From positions 1 to 28,963 of the forward strand of contig CAZTYA010000001.1 of the NCBI GenBank assembly GCA_964617255.1: a stretch of DNA of 28,963 nucleotides. Direction: 5' to 3'. The stretch comes from an uncultured Syntrophales bacterium (GTDB lineage: Bacteria > Desulfobacterota > Syntrophia > Syntrophales > JAAYKM01). Of this stretch, positions 18,333-26,709 are shown one piece after another. The position numbers and the translations under genes were made by a program. A model generated the notes under the pieces. That model worked only from the letters and a program-made list of their open reading frames with translations. It ran no database searches and had not been told where the DNA came from. The stretch's first letter is position 1, and each line of letters begins with the position of its first letter.

Positions 18333-19190
18333 TCAATCCGGATTCATCTTAAAGAAAAGTTCGACCAGCCGTCCCAGTTCTTCCGTGGAAGAAAAGTTGA
18401 TTTCGATGGAACCTTTTTTACTTTTCTTTTTGATCTGCACCCGTGTCATCAATAAAGCAGACAGTTTTTTCTCCAGATCTTCCAGATATTGTTCCCGCTT
18501 GAGCGTCTTTTTTTCCGCTTTGGGCGCCCTGAGCGTCTGAATGAGCTTTTCCGTTTCCCTGACGTTCAGATCTTTTTTGATAATCGTTTGAAATACGGCC
18601 GTTTGTTGTTCCGTCGCTTCGCAGGCAAGAATCGCCCGGGCGTGTCCAGCCGTGATCTTTTTTTCTACCAGGGCTTCCTGTATCTTTCCCGGCAGTTTCA
18701 ACAGACGGATCGTGTTGGCCACGGTGGAGCGATCCTTTCCTATTTTCGTGGCGATGCTCTCGTGGGTCTGACCGAAAGTCTCAACCAGGGTCCGGTAAGC
18801 GTCGGCCTCCTCCAGAGGGTTCAGGCCTTCACGCTGAAGGTTTTCGATCAGGGACAACTCGGCGGCTTCGACATCGCTGGCGGTGCGGATGACAATGGGA
18901 ACGCGATCCAGACCAGCCTCCTGGGCGGCCCGCCAGCGTCTTTCCCCGGCGATGATCTCGTAGCCGGTGTCGTCTTTTCGGACAACGATGGGCTGAATGA
19001 TGCCGCTTTTCCGGATGGAAGCGACGAGTTCCTTCTGTTCACGGTCGCGGAAATCCTTGCGCGGCTGGTAACGGTTCGGCCGGATCTCTTCGATGCCGCA
19101 GGTGATCAGGCGAGGCCGGTCTTCCATATCCGTCATGAGGTCGGGGAACATGGCTTCCAATCCCCGTCCTAAGGATTGTTTCGGTGGCAT
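18333..19190 (-). CDS. parB: Chromosome partitioning protein ParB/Spo0J
   Basis: N-terminal LGRGL peptide, IRPNRYQPRKDF, GIIQPIVVR, IIAGERRWRAA, IENLQREGLNPLEEA, HTH GKDRSTVANTIRLL; starts immediately after the parA stop. Confidence 0.96.
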   Translation of the reverse strand: MPPKQSLGRGLEAMFPDLMTDMEDRPRLITCGIEEIRPNRYQPRKDFRDREQKELVASIRKSGIIQPIVVRKDDTGYEIIAGERRWRAAQEAGLDRVPIVIRTASDVEAAELSLIENLQREGLNPLEEADAYRTLVETFGQTHESIATKIGKDRSTVANTIRLLKLPGKIQEALVEKKITAGHARAILACEATEQQTAVFQTIIKKDLNVRETEKLIQTLRAPKAEKKTLKREQYLEDLEKKLSALLMTRVQIKKKSKKGSIEINFSSTEELGRLVELFFKMNPD

Positions 19191-19961
19191 TTATATTCTC
19201 CCGCAGTTCATAAATTCCCGGGTCAGCTCCATATAGGACATGGCGCCCCGGGACCGGATATCATATAAAATGATGGGCAGACCATGGCTGGGGCTTTCGG
19301 ACAGCCGAACGTTCCGGGGAATCACCGTCTGGAAAACGCGGCTCCCGAAATGTTTGCGGATATCCTCACTGACACGGTGCGAGAGCGTGTTTCTCGCGTC
19401 GAACATGGTCAGGAGAATTCCCCCCAGGGTCAATGACGGATTCAACCGGTTCTGCACAATCTTCAGGGTGTTCATCAACTGGCCGAGACCTTCCATGGCG
19501 AAATATTCACACTGCAGCGGTACCATCAGGGCGTCCGAGGCCACCAGGGCGTTGATGGTCAGAAAACCCAACGACGGCGGACAGTCTAAAATGACGTAGT
19601 CATAGGAGACGTCCATCTGCCGCAGAAACGTGCGGAGCCGTTTTTCCCGCTCCGGCAGGTGGATAAACTCCACCTCGATTCCGATCAGGTCCTGATTCGA
19701 CGGAATCAGATCGAGGTGCGGAATCTGAGTGGGCGTCACCGCTTCCCGCAGAGGTATCTTGCCGATCAGGGCATGATAGAGATTTTTTTCGGCGATCTGT
19801 CGCTTGTCTATTCCCATCCCGCTCGTCGCGTTCCCCTGGGAATCGCAATCGATCAGGAGCGTCTTTTTTTCGGCAACAGCCAGGCAGGCGGCAAGGTTGA
19901 CCGCCGTGGTCGTTTTGCCGACGCCTCCCTTTTGATTCGCGATGCAGATGATTTTACGCAT
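19191..19961 (-). CDS. parA: Chromosome partitioning ATPase ParA/Soj
   Basis: IANQKGGVGKTTT (deviant Walker A), LLIDCDSQGNAT, YVILDCPPSLG, PLQCEYFAMEG, IPRNVRLSESPSHG. Confidence 0.96.
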   Translation of the reverse strand: MRKIICIANQKGGVGKTTTAVNLAACLAVAEKKTLLIDCDSQGNATSGMGIDKRQIAEKNLYHALIGKIPLREAVTPTQIPHLDLIPSNQDLIGIEVEFIHLPEREKRLRTFLRQMDVSYDYVILDCPPSLGFLTINALVASDALMVPLQCEYFAMEGLGQLMNTLKIVQNRLNPSLTLGGILLTMFDARNTLSHRVSEDIRKHFGSRVFQTVIPRNVRLSESPSHGLPIILYDIRSRGAMSYMELTREFMNCGRI

Positions 19962-20163
19962 GATGGGTTTGGGTTTTTATCTTCCGGTTCAGCGTTAGTG
20001 TGGGGAACCCATAACACAAATCAAGGCTTTTTTTAAGCCGAAAATACCCCCGGCTAAGACGCTGATAACAGGACGAAAAAATGTGTGCTCAAAGGTGATG
20101 GCAACGTACACCCGGGCGATTTCCACCCCGTCTTACCAAAGGGCCTGACGCAGGGCTTCCGGC

Positions 20164-20172
20164 TGTGGATAA
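20164..20172 (+). promoter_or_regulatory. Perfect DnaA box TGTGGATAA in the divergent parA / redox-cluster spacer
   Basis: Exact consensus, followed 11 bp later by degenerate tgtggctgc (20175-20183). Confidence 0.6.
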
Positions 20173-20337
20173 CTTGTGGCTGCGGTCCTTTTTCTATCCC
20201 GTTTTGTTCTTTTCGGGAATTACCTGACCCCTTCTGGTAACCTTTTGGAAGATACCCCGGGCCTGAAGAATCGGGGCCGGCACTGGGATAGAAAGGCTTG
20301 AACTTTTACACCAATGGGTAGGCCATCCCGCAAATGT

Positions 20338-20366
20338 TTGACAAGAGAGGCGATATTCGATATGGG
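20338..20366 (+). promoter_or_regulatory. Possible sigma70 promoter for the 20434 gene
   Basis: Perfect TTGACA (20338-20343), 17 bp spacer, weak -10 TATGGG (20361-20366). Confidence 0.3.
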
Positions 20367-20433
20367 CGAAGGGGAGAACCACGGTTCATCCTCTTAAATT
20401 CCACGGAAATTCTACGGGAGCGTCAGCGATGCC

Positions 20434-22869
20434 ATGAAAGATCTGCTCATAAAAATACCCCGCTACCTGGCCCTGTTTTTTGTGTCCGCCTATACCCTGG
20501 GCCTGGTGATATTGCTGGTCCGTTTTTTTGCCCTGGCCGCCTGGTCGGAATACGGAGTCGCCGTCACCGCCGTCGCCTTTTCCGGGGTTGCGATCAGCGG
20601 GGTGTGCCTGGCCCTTTTTCCCGATTTCTTCGCGCGCCGTCGTGCGGCGATTCTCTTCTGGCTTCCCTTCGTACTCCTTTTTGTTTCAGCCCTGGCGTTT
20701 CAGCTGATTGCCCTGAACCGGTTCAACCCGTTCCTGATGCAGGGGTGCCTCTGGCCGGGACAGGTGTTGAACCTGCTTTATTACGTTTTGGCTCTGCTTC
20801 CCGTCTTTTTCCTGGCGGGACTGTTCATCGGCCTCAGTTTTCTCGATCTGTCCGGTGAGATCGCGCAGGCCTCAGCCTGTCACCTCTTTGGGGCGGCCGC
20901 AGGGTGGCTCCTGGTTTTCGTTTGCCAGTCCTTCATCCATCCGTTCCAGCTTCTGGCGGTGCTCCTGCCGGTCCTGGCCCTGGCGGCGCTGGCCCGGCTT
21001 TTCGTCCTGCGTTACACCATGTTCCTGACGGGCCTGGCCCTTCTTTTTTTCATCACCGGTTTCGGGATGTGGCGGGTTCTGGACGGGAACCACGCACACA
21101 TTCCGGGCTACAAAGCGGTCTCGTCCGCGATGAGGGTGGAGGGTAACCGCGTTTTGAACGAAACGCCCACCCCCGGTGGTTATTACCACATCCTCGACAA
21201 TTTTACAGAGCGGCGGGCCATTAACCTGTCGCACCAATACGGGTTTCCCCGTGTCGCCCAGAAGCCGGTTGCCCGGGGTCTCTATCGTGACGGCGCCCGC
21301 ATCCTGGGCCTCTACAGGGAAGGAAACCGGGACCGGTCGTATTTTGACGCCTCCCTCGATGCCTTCCCGTACCGGCTGAAGCCGCTGGGAACATACCTGT
21401 TCATCGGCACGGACGGCGGGTTCAAGATTCATGAACTCTGGGGTGAAAAGCGGACCATCCGTGCCGTGGAACCGACTCGCACGGTTTACGAACTGGTCCG
21501 GCAGACCATTTCCGGTATGGGGGGGATCTCCCTGTCCTGCAGTGCCCCTCTGGGCGTTCTCGAACCGCGGGCATTCGACCTGATCGACATGGGCTCCACC
21601 TTCCTTGCGGAAGGAGAGGCCAACCGTTACGCCTTAACAATCGAGGCGGTTTCCCGCTATTTTTACGCCCTCAAAGACGACGGCCTTTTGTCGCTGCCGG
21701 TTGCGACGGCCGGTTTTTCCGCCTACGCCGAGAAGCTCTTGGACACGGTCGACCAGAGTCTGCGCCGGATTGGGGTGGACGATCCGGGAAAGCATATTCT
21801 GGTTTACCGTTCGGCATCAGGCGCCCGGATTCTGGTGTCACGGAAAGGGTTTACGGACCAGGCGATTGCTGCACTTCAGGCCTTCTGCCGGGAACGATCT
21901 TTTGATATATCCTGGTATCCTGGAATCGAACCTAATAAAAACAGTGTATTGCAAGGTCATCCGGCCGCAGGGACGATCGACCAAAACAACCGCCGGGCGG
22001 AACAAGCGGATGCTCTTCGGCATGCGGCGCTGAACCTGTTTCAGATCCCGCGCACCGCTTCGTCCACCTCCGTTTTAAACCTGGAACCGGCGACACTGGA
22101 TCGGCCTTTTTTCCATGACGTTTTCCCTGTCCGTGCGATACCGACGCTGCTGAAAGCCCGGCACGGCATTCCGCGGGTTGAGATCGGTCAGCTCATCAAT
22201 CCGGCGATGCTCTTTTTAGCAAGCATCATGGGTGTTTGCGTCATCTTACTTCCGCTGATCCGCAAAAAAGAGGTTGCCGGGCCCCATTCACGACTCCGGA
22301 TGGCCGTTTATTTCGCCTGCCTGGGTCTCGGTATGGTTTTCATCACCAGGGTGCTTTCCGAACGGTGTGCGTTTTTCCTCAACGACACGGCCACCGCAGT
22401 GACCGTCATCGTGTGCGCCATGCTCTTTTTTTCCGGTTGCGGGAGCTACCGCACCTCGAAGCTCGATCCTTTTTCCGACCGGGGTATCAAATGGTCTATC
22501 GTCCGGATCATTACCTGTCTGGTTTTGTATGTCTTTCTCCTGATTCCGGTTCTGTCGGTCCTGCTTCCCCTGGCCGGCCTGATCAAGGTGGTAACCATGC
22601 TGATCATTACGGCCCCCGTCGCGTTCATTGCCGGGATGCCTTTTCCCCTCGGCCTCGCCTGCCTGAATGATCGGGCCGGTTTTTTCCTGCCCTGGGCCCT
22701 GGGTGTTTATGTGATTTTCAGCGTTATCGCCATTCCGCTGGGTCAGCTCCTGGCCGTCGCCTGGGGTTTGCATGTCCTTTTGTTTATCTCTGTTTTCCTT
22801 TACTTCATCGCCCTGTGGGCCTATCCCGCGATGGCGCCTGGCACGGCGGGAAAAGAGTGCGCGTCCTAA
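20434..22869 (+). CDS. Multi-pass membrane protein with a central spermidine-synthase-like (class I SAM-binding) domain
   Basis: About 7 N-terminal and 6-7 C-terminal hydrophobic helices flank a soluble domain with LFIGTDGG (degenerate GxGxG), RAVE, FDLIDM and YALTIEAVSRYFYALKDDG. Confidence 0.75.
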   Translation: MKDLLIKIPRYLALFFVSAYTLGLVILLVRFFALAAWSEYGVAVTAVAFSGVAISGVCLALFPDFFARRRAAILFWLPFVLLFVSALAFQLIALNRFNPFLMQGCLWPGQVLNLLYYVLALLPVFFLAGLFIGLSFLDLSGEIAQASACHLFGAAAGWLLVFVCQSFIHPFQLLAVLLPVLALAALARLFVLRYTMFLTGLALLFFITGFGMWRVLDGNHAHIPGYKAVSSAMRVEGNRVLNETPTPGGYYHILDNFTERRAINLSHQYGFPRVAQKPVARGLYRDGARILGLYREGNRDRSYFDASLDAFPYRLKPLGTYLFIGTDGGFKIHELWGEKRTIRAVEPTRTVYELVRQTISGMGGISLSCSAPLGVLEPRAFDLIDMGSTFLAEGEANRYALTIEAVSRYFYALKDDGLLSLPVATAGFSAYAEKLLDTVDQSLRRIGVDDPGKHILVYRSASGARILVSRKGFTDQAIAALQAFCRERSFDISWYPGIEPNKNSVLQGHPAAGTIDQNNRRAEQADALRHAALNLFQIPRTASSTSVLNLEPATLDRPFFHDVFPVRAIPTLLKARHGIPRVEIGQLINPAMLFLASIMGVCVILLPLIRKKEVAGPHSRLRMAVYFACLGLGMVFITRVLSERCAFFLNDTATAVTVIVCAMLFFSGCGSYRTSKLDPFSDRGIKWSIVRIITCLVLYVFLLIPVLSVLLPLAGLIKVVTMLIITAPVAFIAGMPFPLGLACLNDRAGFFLPWALGVYVIFSVIAIPLGQLLAVAWGLHVLLFISVFLYFIALWAYPAMAPGTAGKECAS

Positions 22870-23002
22870 AAAATCCTTTGTTGCACAACATCCGATGTGT
22901 TAATTTGAGTTGGAGCAGGGGATACCGGTTTCCGTAAATCGGCAGCGCATCATCAGGAGCCGTTTTAAGGCAAAGCGGATCAGATACCACGGATATTCTA
23001 AC

Positions 23003-24577
23003 ATGGCCGGACACCATAAAAAAAAGCTGGATCAGCCGGAGGCGGAACAATCCGGTTTGAGTCGGCGCGCGTTGCTGAAAGGGGCGCTCAGCTCGGGTTT
23101 GTTGACGACGGCGGGAGCCCTGTTGATTTCTTCCGGGGCCGGGGCGGCCGTTTCGACCCGGGAAAAAGCTGCGCGCTGGGATGAAATATGGGATATCGTT
23201 GTTGTGGGGTCCGGCTTTGCGGGTCTTGCGGCGGCGGCGGAAGCGGCGGACCGGGGGGCCAAGGTCGTTGTCCTGGAAAAGATGTCCGGGTACGGGGGCA
23301 ATTCCGTGATCAGTCATGGCGAGTACGCCGCCTGGGATGACGTCTACCATCTGCGGGAAAAGCTCGGACTGGGCATGGACAGCGCAGCCCTCCATGAGGA
23401 GGACACCCTCCGGGGGGGAAATTTCTACGGCCATCCTGAGTTGATTCGTCTCCTTGTGAAGCAGGCCCCGTCGGCACTGAAATGGCTGATCGACAAGGGG
23501 GGGGCAAAGATCCGGGAAAAAGTCTTGCCGTCGCCGGGCCACTCCGCGCCCCGGATCCATACCGGAATCGGCGGTTCGGGGGAACTGTTCGCGGCGGCGT
23601 TGAAAAAGATGGCCGAGCAGAACGGCGCGACCGTTCGCACCAATGAGAAGGTTACACGCATCTGGCGCAGCAGCTTCTCCTCTCCGGTCACCGGGGTGGA
23701 GGTGCAGCGGGGGAAAAAGCGGGTCAATATCGCGGTTCGGCAGGCCCTCATTCTGGCCAGCGGCGGTTTTGGGCGCGATCTGGCGATGCGCCAGGCTTAC
23801 AATCCGGCTGTGGGGCCGGAATACCATTCCACGAATCATTCCGGCGCAACCGGAGAGATGATCCATTTGGCACGCACAATAGGCGCCGATGTAACGCAGA
23901 TGAACTTTATCCAGATCTATCCCTTTGCCGATCCGGTGACGGGAAAATTCGACGTCCCATCGGTATTTGCCCTCCGGGGGCCGGTCTCGGGGATGATCTA
24001 CGTCGATCCGGCGGGTCGGCGTTTTGTGAATGAGCTGGCCGACGGAAACACCTGTGCCCGCGCACAGATCGGCGTCGGGGGAGTTCAGAAGCTGACCTAC
24101 GCCCTGTTTAATCAGAAGATGATTTCCCGGCTGGGAACCCAGGACGAGGTGGATGCGGGCCTGAATGCCGGGCGGTTCGCCCGGGGAGAAACCCTGGCGG
24201 AACTGGCGCAGTTCCTTCAGATGACCCCGGAAGTATTAACGCGAACCGTTTCTGCACACAACCGGTTCATCCGTGAAGGCCGTGATCTGGAGTTTGGTAA
24301 GGAAAATCCGGCGCAGATGATGCCCATGGAAGCGGGTCCTTTTTACGCCCTGCCCCAGTGGCCGGCCGTGCATCATACCCTGGGCGGGCTGCGGATCAAT
24401 GCCCGTGCGCAAGTCATTGATATCTGGGGGAATTCAATTCCACATCTGTATGCTGCGGGGGAGGTCACGGGGGGTATTCACGGCGAAAAAAGACTGCCCG
24501 GGAACAGCATTCCCGAATGCCTGATCTTCGGCCGCATCGCCGGGACGAATGCGGCGGAAGAAAAGCTGCCGGCTTGA
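23003..24577 (+). CDS. Tat-exported flavoprotein of the flavocytochrome c / fumarate-reductase (FAD_binding_2) family, substrate unknown
   Basis: Tat motif SRRALLK plus AGA cleavage site; DIVVVGSGFAGLAAA; GGNSVISHG; ILASGGF; VHHTLGG; YAAGEVTGGIHGEKRLPGNS. Start at ATG 23003 (the ORF track uses 22910). Confidence 0.88.
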   Translation: MAGHHKKKLDQPEAEQSGLSRRALLKGALSSGLLTTAGALLISSGAGAAVSTREKAARWDEIWDIVVVGSGFAGLAAAAEAADRGAKVVVLEKMSGYGGNSVISHGEYAAWDDVYHLREKLGLGMDSAALHEEDTLRGGNFYGHPELIRLLVKQAPSALKWLIDKGGAKIREKVLPSPGHSAPRIHTGIGGSGELFAAALKKMAEQNGATVRTNEKVTRIWRSSFSSPVTGVEVQRGKKRVNIAVRQALILASGGFGRDLAMRQAYNPAVGPEYHSTNHSGATGEMIHLARTIGADVTQMNFIQIYPFADPVTGKFDVPSVFALRGPVSGMIYVDPAGRRFVNELADGNTCARAQIGVGGVQKLTYALFNQKMISRLGTQDEVDAGLNAGRFARGETLAELAQFLQMTPEVLTRTVSAHNRFIREGRDLEFGKENPAQMMPMEAGPFYALPQWPAVHHTLGGLRINARAQVIDIWGNSIPHLYAAGEVTGGIHGEKRLPGNSIPECLIFGRIAGTNAAEEKLPA

Positions 24578-24697
24578 CCGGGAGTCGCTTCGCTGAAGCT
24601 AAATATTTAACATGATTTGGGATTACCGTTTTGTTTTACCGTCCTGGTGGTCGTTGATTGATTGTCGGTTCGGATAAGCTGCCGCGGAGGTGAGGCG

Positions 24698-26683
24698 ATG
24701 ATCCGCAGACGATTTTCTTCCGTCCTGGTGGTTACGGTTGCTTGCCTTGTTCTGACCGGATTTGTCCCCACGGAGCTCCTGTCCCGGGAGCATCGGCCGG
24801 TCTGGCTCTTCAACGAACAGGGGGACCGGATCACCCCGAATCAAAACGCCGTCGATCCATACAGCCCGAAAAAAACCTGTGGGATCTGCCACGATTATAC
24901 AACGATTACAAAAGGTTACCACTTTCAGCAGGGGTTTGACAACTTGCGGGAGGGATACGATTCCCGGCGGCCCTGGATTCTCTCGCCCGGCATGTTCGGC
25001 AGTTATTTTCCCTTTGCCGGACCGGCCCGCCTCGCGGCGAAAAACAACAGCCACATCCGGCAGATTGACCTGACCGCCTATGATTGGATCGGCGGATATG
25101 GGAAAAAGGATGCGAACGGCCGTGATCTGTCCCGCGCCTGCGGCGCCTGCCATCCCGGCGGCGGTCCCCTGGAGTACGGCCGCAATGCACAGGGGCGTCC
25201 CGACTGGACATCAAATCTCATCACCGGCGAAAGGGTGACCCGGAAACCCCTGGACGGGGATTATGCTTCTTTGCTGACGCCGGACGGCAGGAGTCGTTTC
25301 CGGGAAAGCGGCGTGAGCGAAGCCGACTGCCTTATCTGCCACGACCCGGCCTACCGTTTCGATGCGCGGACCGAGCAGCTCAACCGCCGCAACTACCGCT
25401 GGGCGGCTACCGCCGGCGCCGGATTCGGGACGGTAACCGGAGCGATTTTCGCCTACCGCGATCCCGCCGCCGGTCCGGGAAGTCCCCGTTATCTCGAAGG
25501 AACCTGGAATTTCAGCAGACGTCCCATCGTCCATTATGCCTGGCGGGACAGCCGGGTATTCACACCGGAAGGACGGCTCCGCGGCGAGCGGATCAGTCGC
25601 AACGTTGCCTCTCGGAATTGCCTGCCCTGTCATGCCCCGGCCGAAGCGGTTAATAACGGCCATATTCACCAGGCGTCGTTCGACGCGCACATTGCCAAAG
25701 GGTTCCGTTGCACGGATTGCCATCCCCTGACGGGGAAAACGGCAGGCGAACGATTGCAACACCAGATCGCCAAGGGAAAGTCGGAGCATCTTCACGTCCG
25801 GGACGATCTGGATGGGATCGGGATGAAAAACTGTGTTGACTGCCATCTGGAAAACAAGTACCGGCCTGTCCGACGAGGCCTGCCCGGACAGGCGACCCAT
25901 CCGAGGGAAACGCATGCCAAGCGTTTTCCCCGGGGGTCGTCTCATTTTTACCTGATTTCCTGCACCGGCTGTCATGCCGCCGAACGTCCCGCCCGAGCCA
26001 TGGCGCTTCTCGATTTAAGCACCGGAACGGCGCAGGGTTATACGGCCGATGACCTGGCCCTGGCCTTCCTTCCGGCGATTTATGAGCAACCGGCAAAAAC
26101 ACCCTGGATTCCCTGGATAACACGAATGAAGCGGGACAAGAGGGGAACGGAATACTATACGGCCCATGTGCCGAAAGGCCTGCAATGGTTTGGGGAAGAA
26201 CAGAAAAACGGGGAGGTCCGCCCGATCCCGCTGCGTTATGTGCAAGAGGCGGCCAATGGTTTGCAGGGACTCACCACAAAAACGGTGAAGGGCGGCGACG
26301 GAACCAGCCGGAAGGTAGCCTCTGTGCTATCCGATCCGGATATTCGACGCATGATCGGCGCCTTGACCAGGCAGGGTTTTGTCGGCGTCGTTTACCTGTC
26401 CGATCGGGTTTATCGCCTGAAAGGGGACAGTCTGAGTGCCGGAGCCTTGCCTGCCGTCCGGGATACCTTTCTGATTCCCCACGGGGTGTCGCCCCTGAAA
26501 CGGCAATGGACCCTGGGAGCCAAAGGCTGCGATTCGTGCCATGAAGAAAGCGCGCCGTTTTTTAAGAAAAATGTGATTCGGAACATGCGGGGTTTTCTCC
26601 GGGATGACTATCCGGTATTACGGGCACCGAACAGTGTGCCCCAGATGACGGACTGGGGGTTGGAGGACATACCTTCCAATTGA
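24698..26683 (+). CDS. Octaheme c-type cytochrome, probably octaheme tetrathionate reductase (OTR)-like fold
   Basis: Eight CxxCH motifs (CGICH, CGACH, CLICH, CLPCH, CTDCH, CVDCH, CTGCH, CDSCH); N-terminal signal/anchor helix; GAGG SD before ATG 24698. Confidence 0.85.
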   Translation: MIRRRFSSVLVVTVACLVLTGFVPTELLSREHRPVWLFNEQGDRITPNQNAVDPYSPKKTCGICHDYTTITKGYHFQQGFDNLREGYDSRRPWILSPGMFGSYFPFAGPARLAAKNNSHIRQIDLTAYDWIGGYGKKDANGRDLSRACGACHPGGGPLEYGRNAQGRPDWTSNLITGERVTRKPLDGDYASLLTPDGRSRFRESGVSEADCLICHDPAYRFDARTEQLNRRNYRWAATAGAGFGTVTGAIFAYRDPAAGPGSPRYLEGTWNFSRRPIVHYAWRDSRVFTPEGRLRGERISRNVASRNCLPCHAPAEAVNNGHIHQASFDAHIAKGFRCTDCHPLTGKTAGERLQHQIAKGKSEHLHVRDDLDGIGMKNCVDCHLENKYRPVRRGLPGQATHPRETHAKRFPRGSSHFYLISCTGCHAAERPARAMALLDLSTGTAQGYTADDLALAFLPAIYEQPAKTPWIPWITRMKRDKRGTEYYTAHVPKGLQWFGEEQKNGEVRPIPLRYVQEAANGLQGLTTKTVKGGDGTSRKVASVLSDPDIRRMIGALTRQGFVGVVYLSDRVYRLKGDSLSAGALPAVRDTFLIPHGVSPLKRQWTLGAKGCDSCHEESAPFFKKNVIRNMRGFLRDDYPVLRAPNSVPQMTDWGLEDIPSN

Positions 26684-26709
26684 TGGACAGAAAAAGGAGG
26701 GACCGGATC

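Noticed and set aside
20090-20190. gacgcagggcttccggc resembling part of a c-di-GMP-I riboswitch
   Set aside because: The GGCAAA and GNRA-tetraloop elements and their spacing are missing; a covariance-model scan (Infernal/Rfam) would be needed to rescue it.
22871-22906. tgttg-ca-caaca and acatc-c-gatgt palindromes as a Rex site or sigma70 promoter
   Set aside because: Only a Rex-like half site is present, and the -35/-10 matches and spacing are poor.
22805-23866. Long antisense ORFs such as 22805-23866, and likewise 2070-3170, 10693-11553, 13853-14491, 18489-19172 and 25211-25975
   Set aside because: They fully overlap well-supported genes on the other strand, lack motifs, and are expected in high-GC coding DNA.
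23003-24577. Calling the flavoprotein fumarate reductase (frdA/fccA) or urocanate reductase (urdA)
   Set aside because: The His365, Glu378 and Arg402 equivalents are substituted, and there is no heme or FMN domain; the substrate cannot be assigned.
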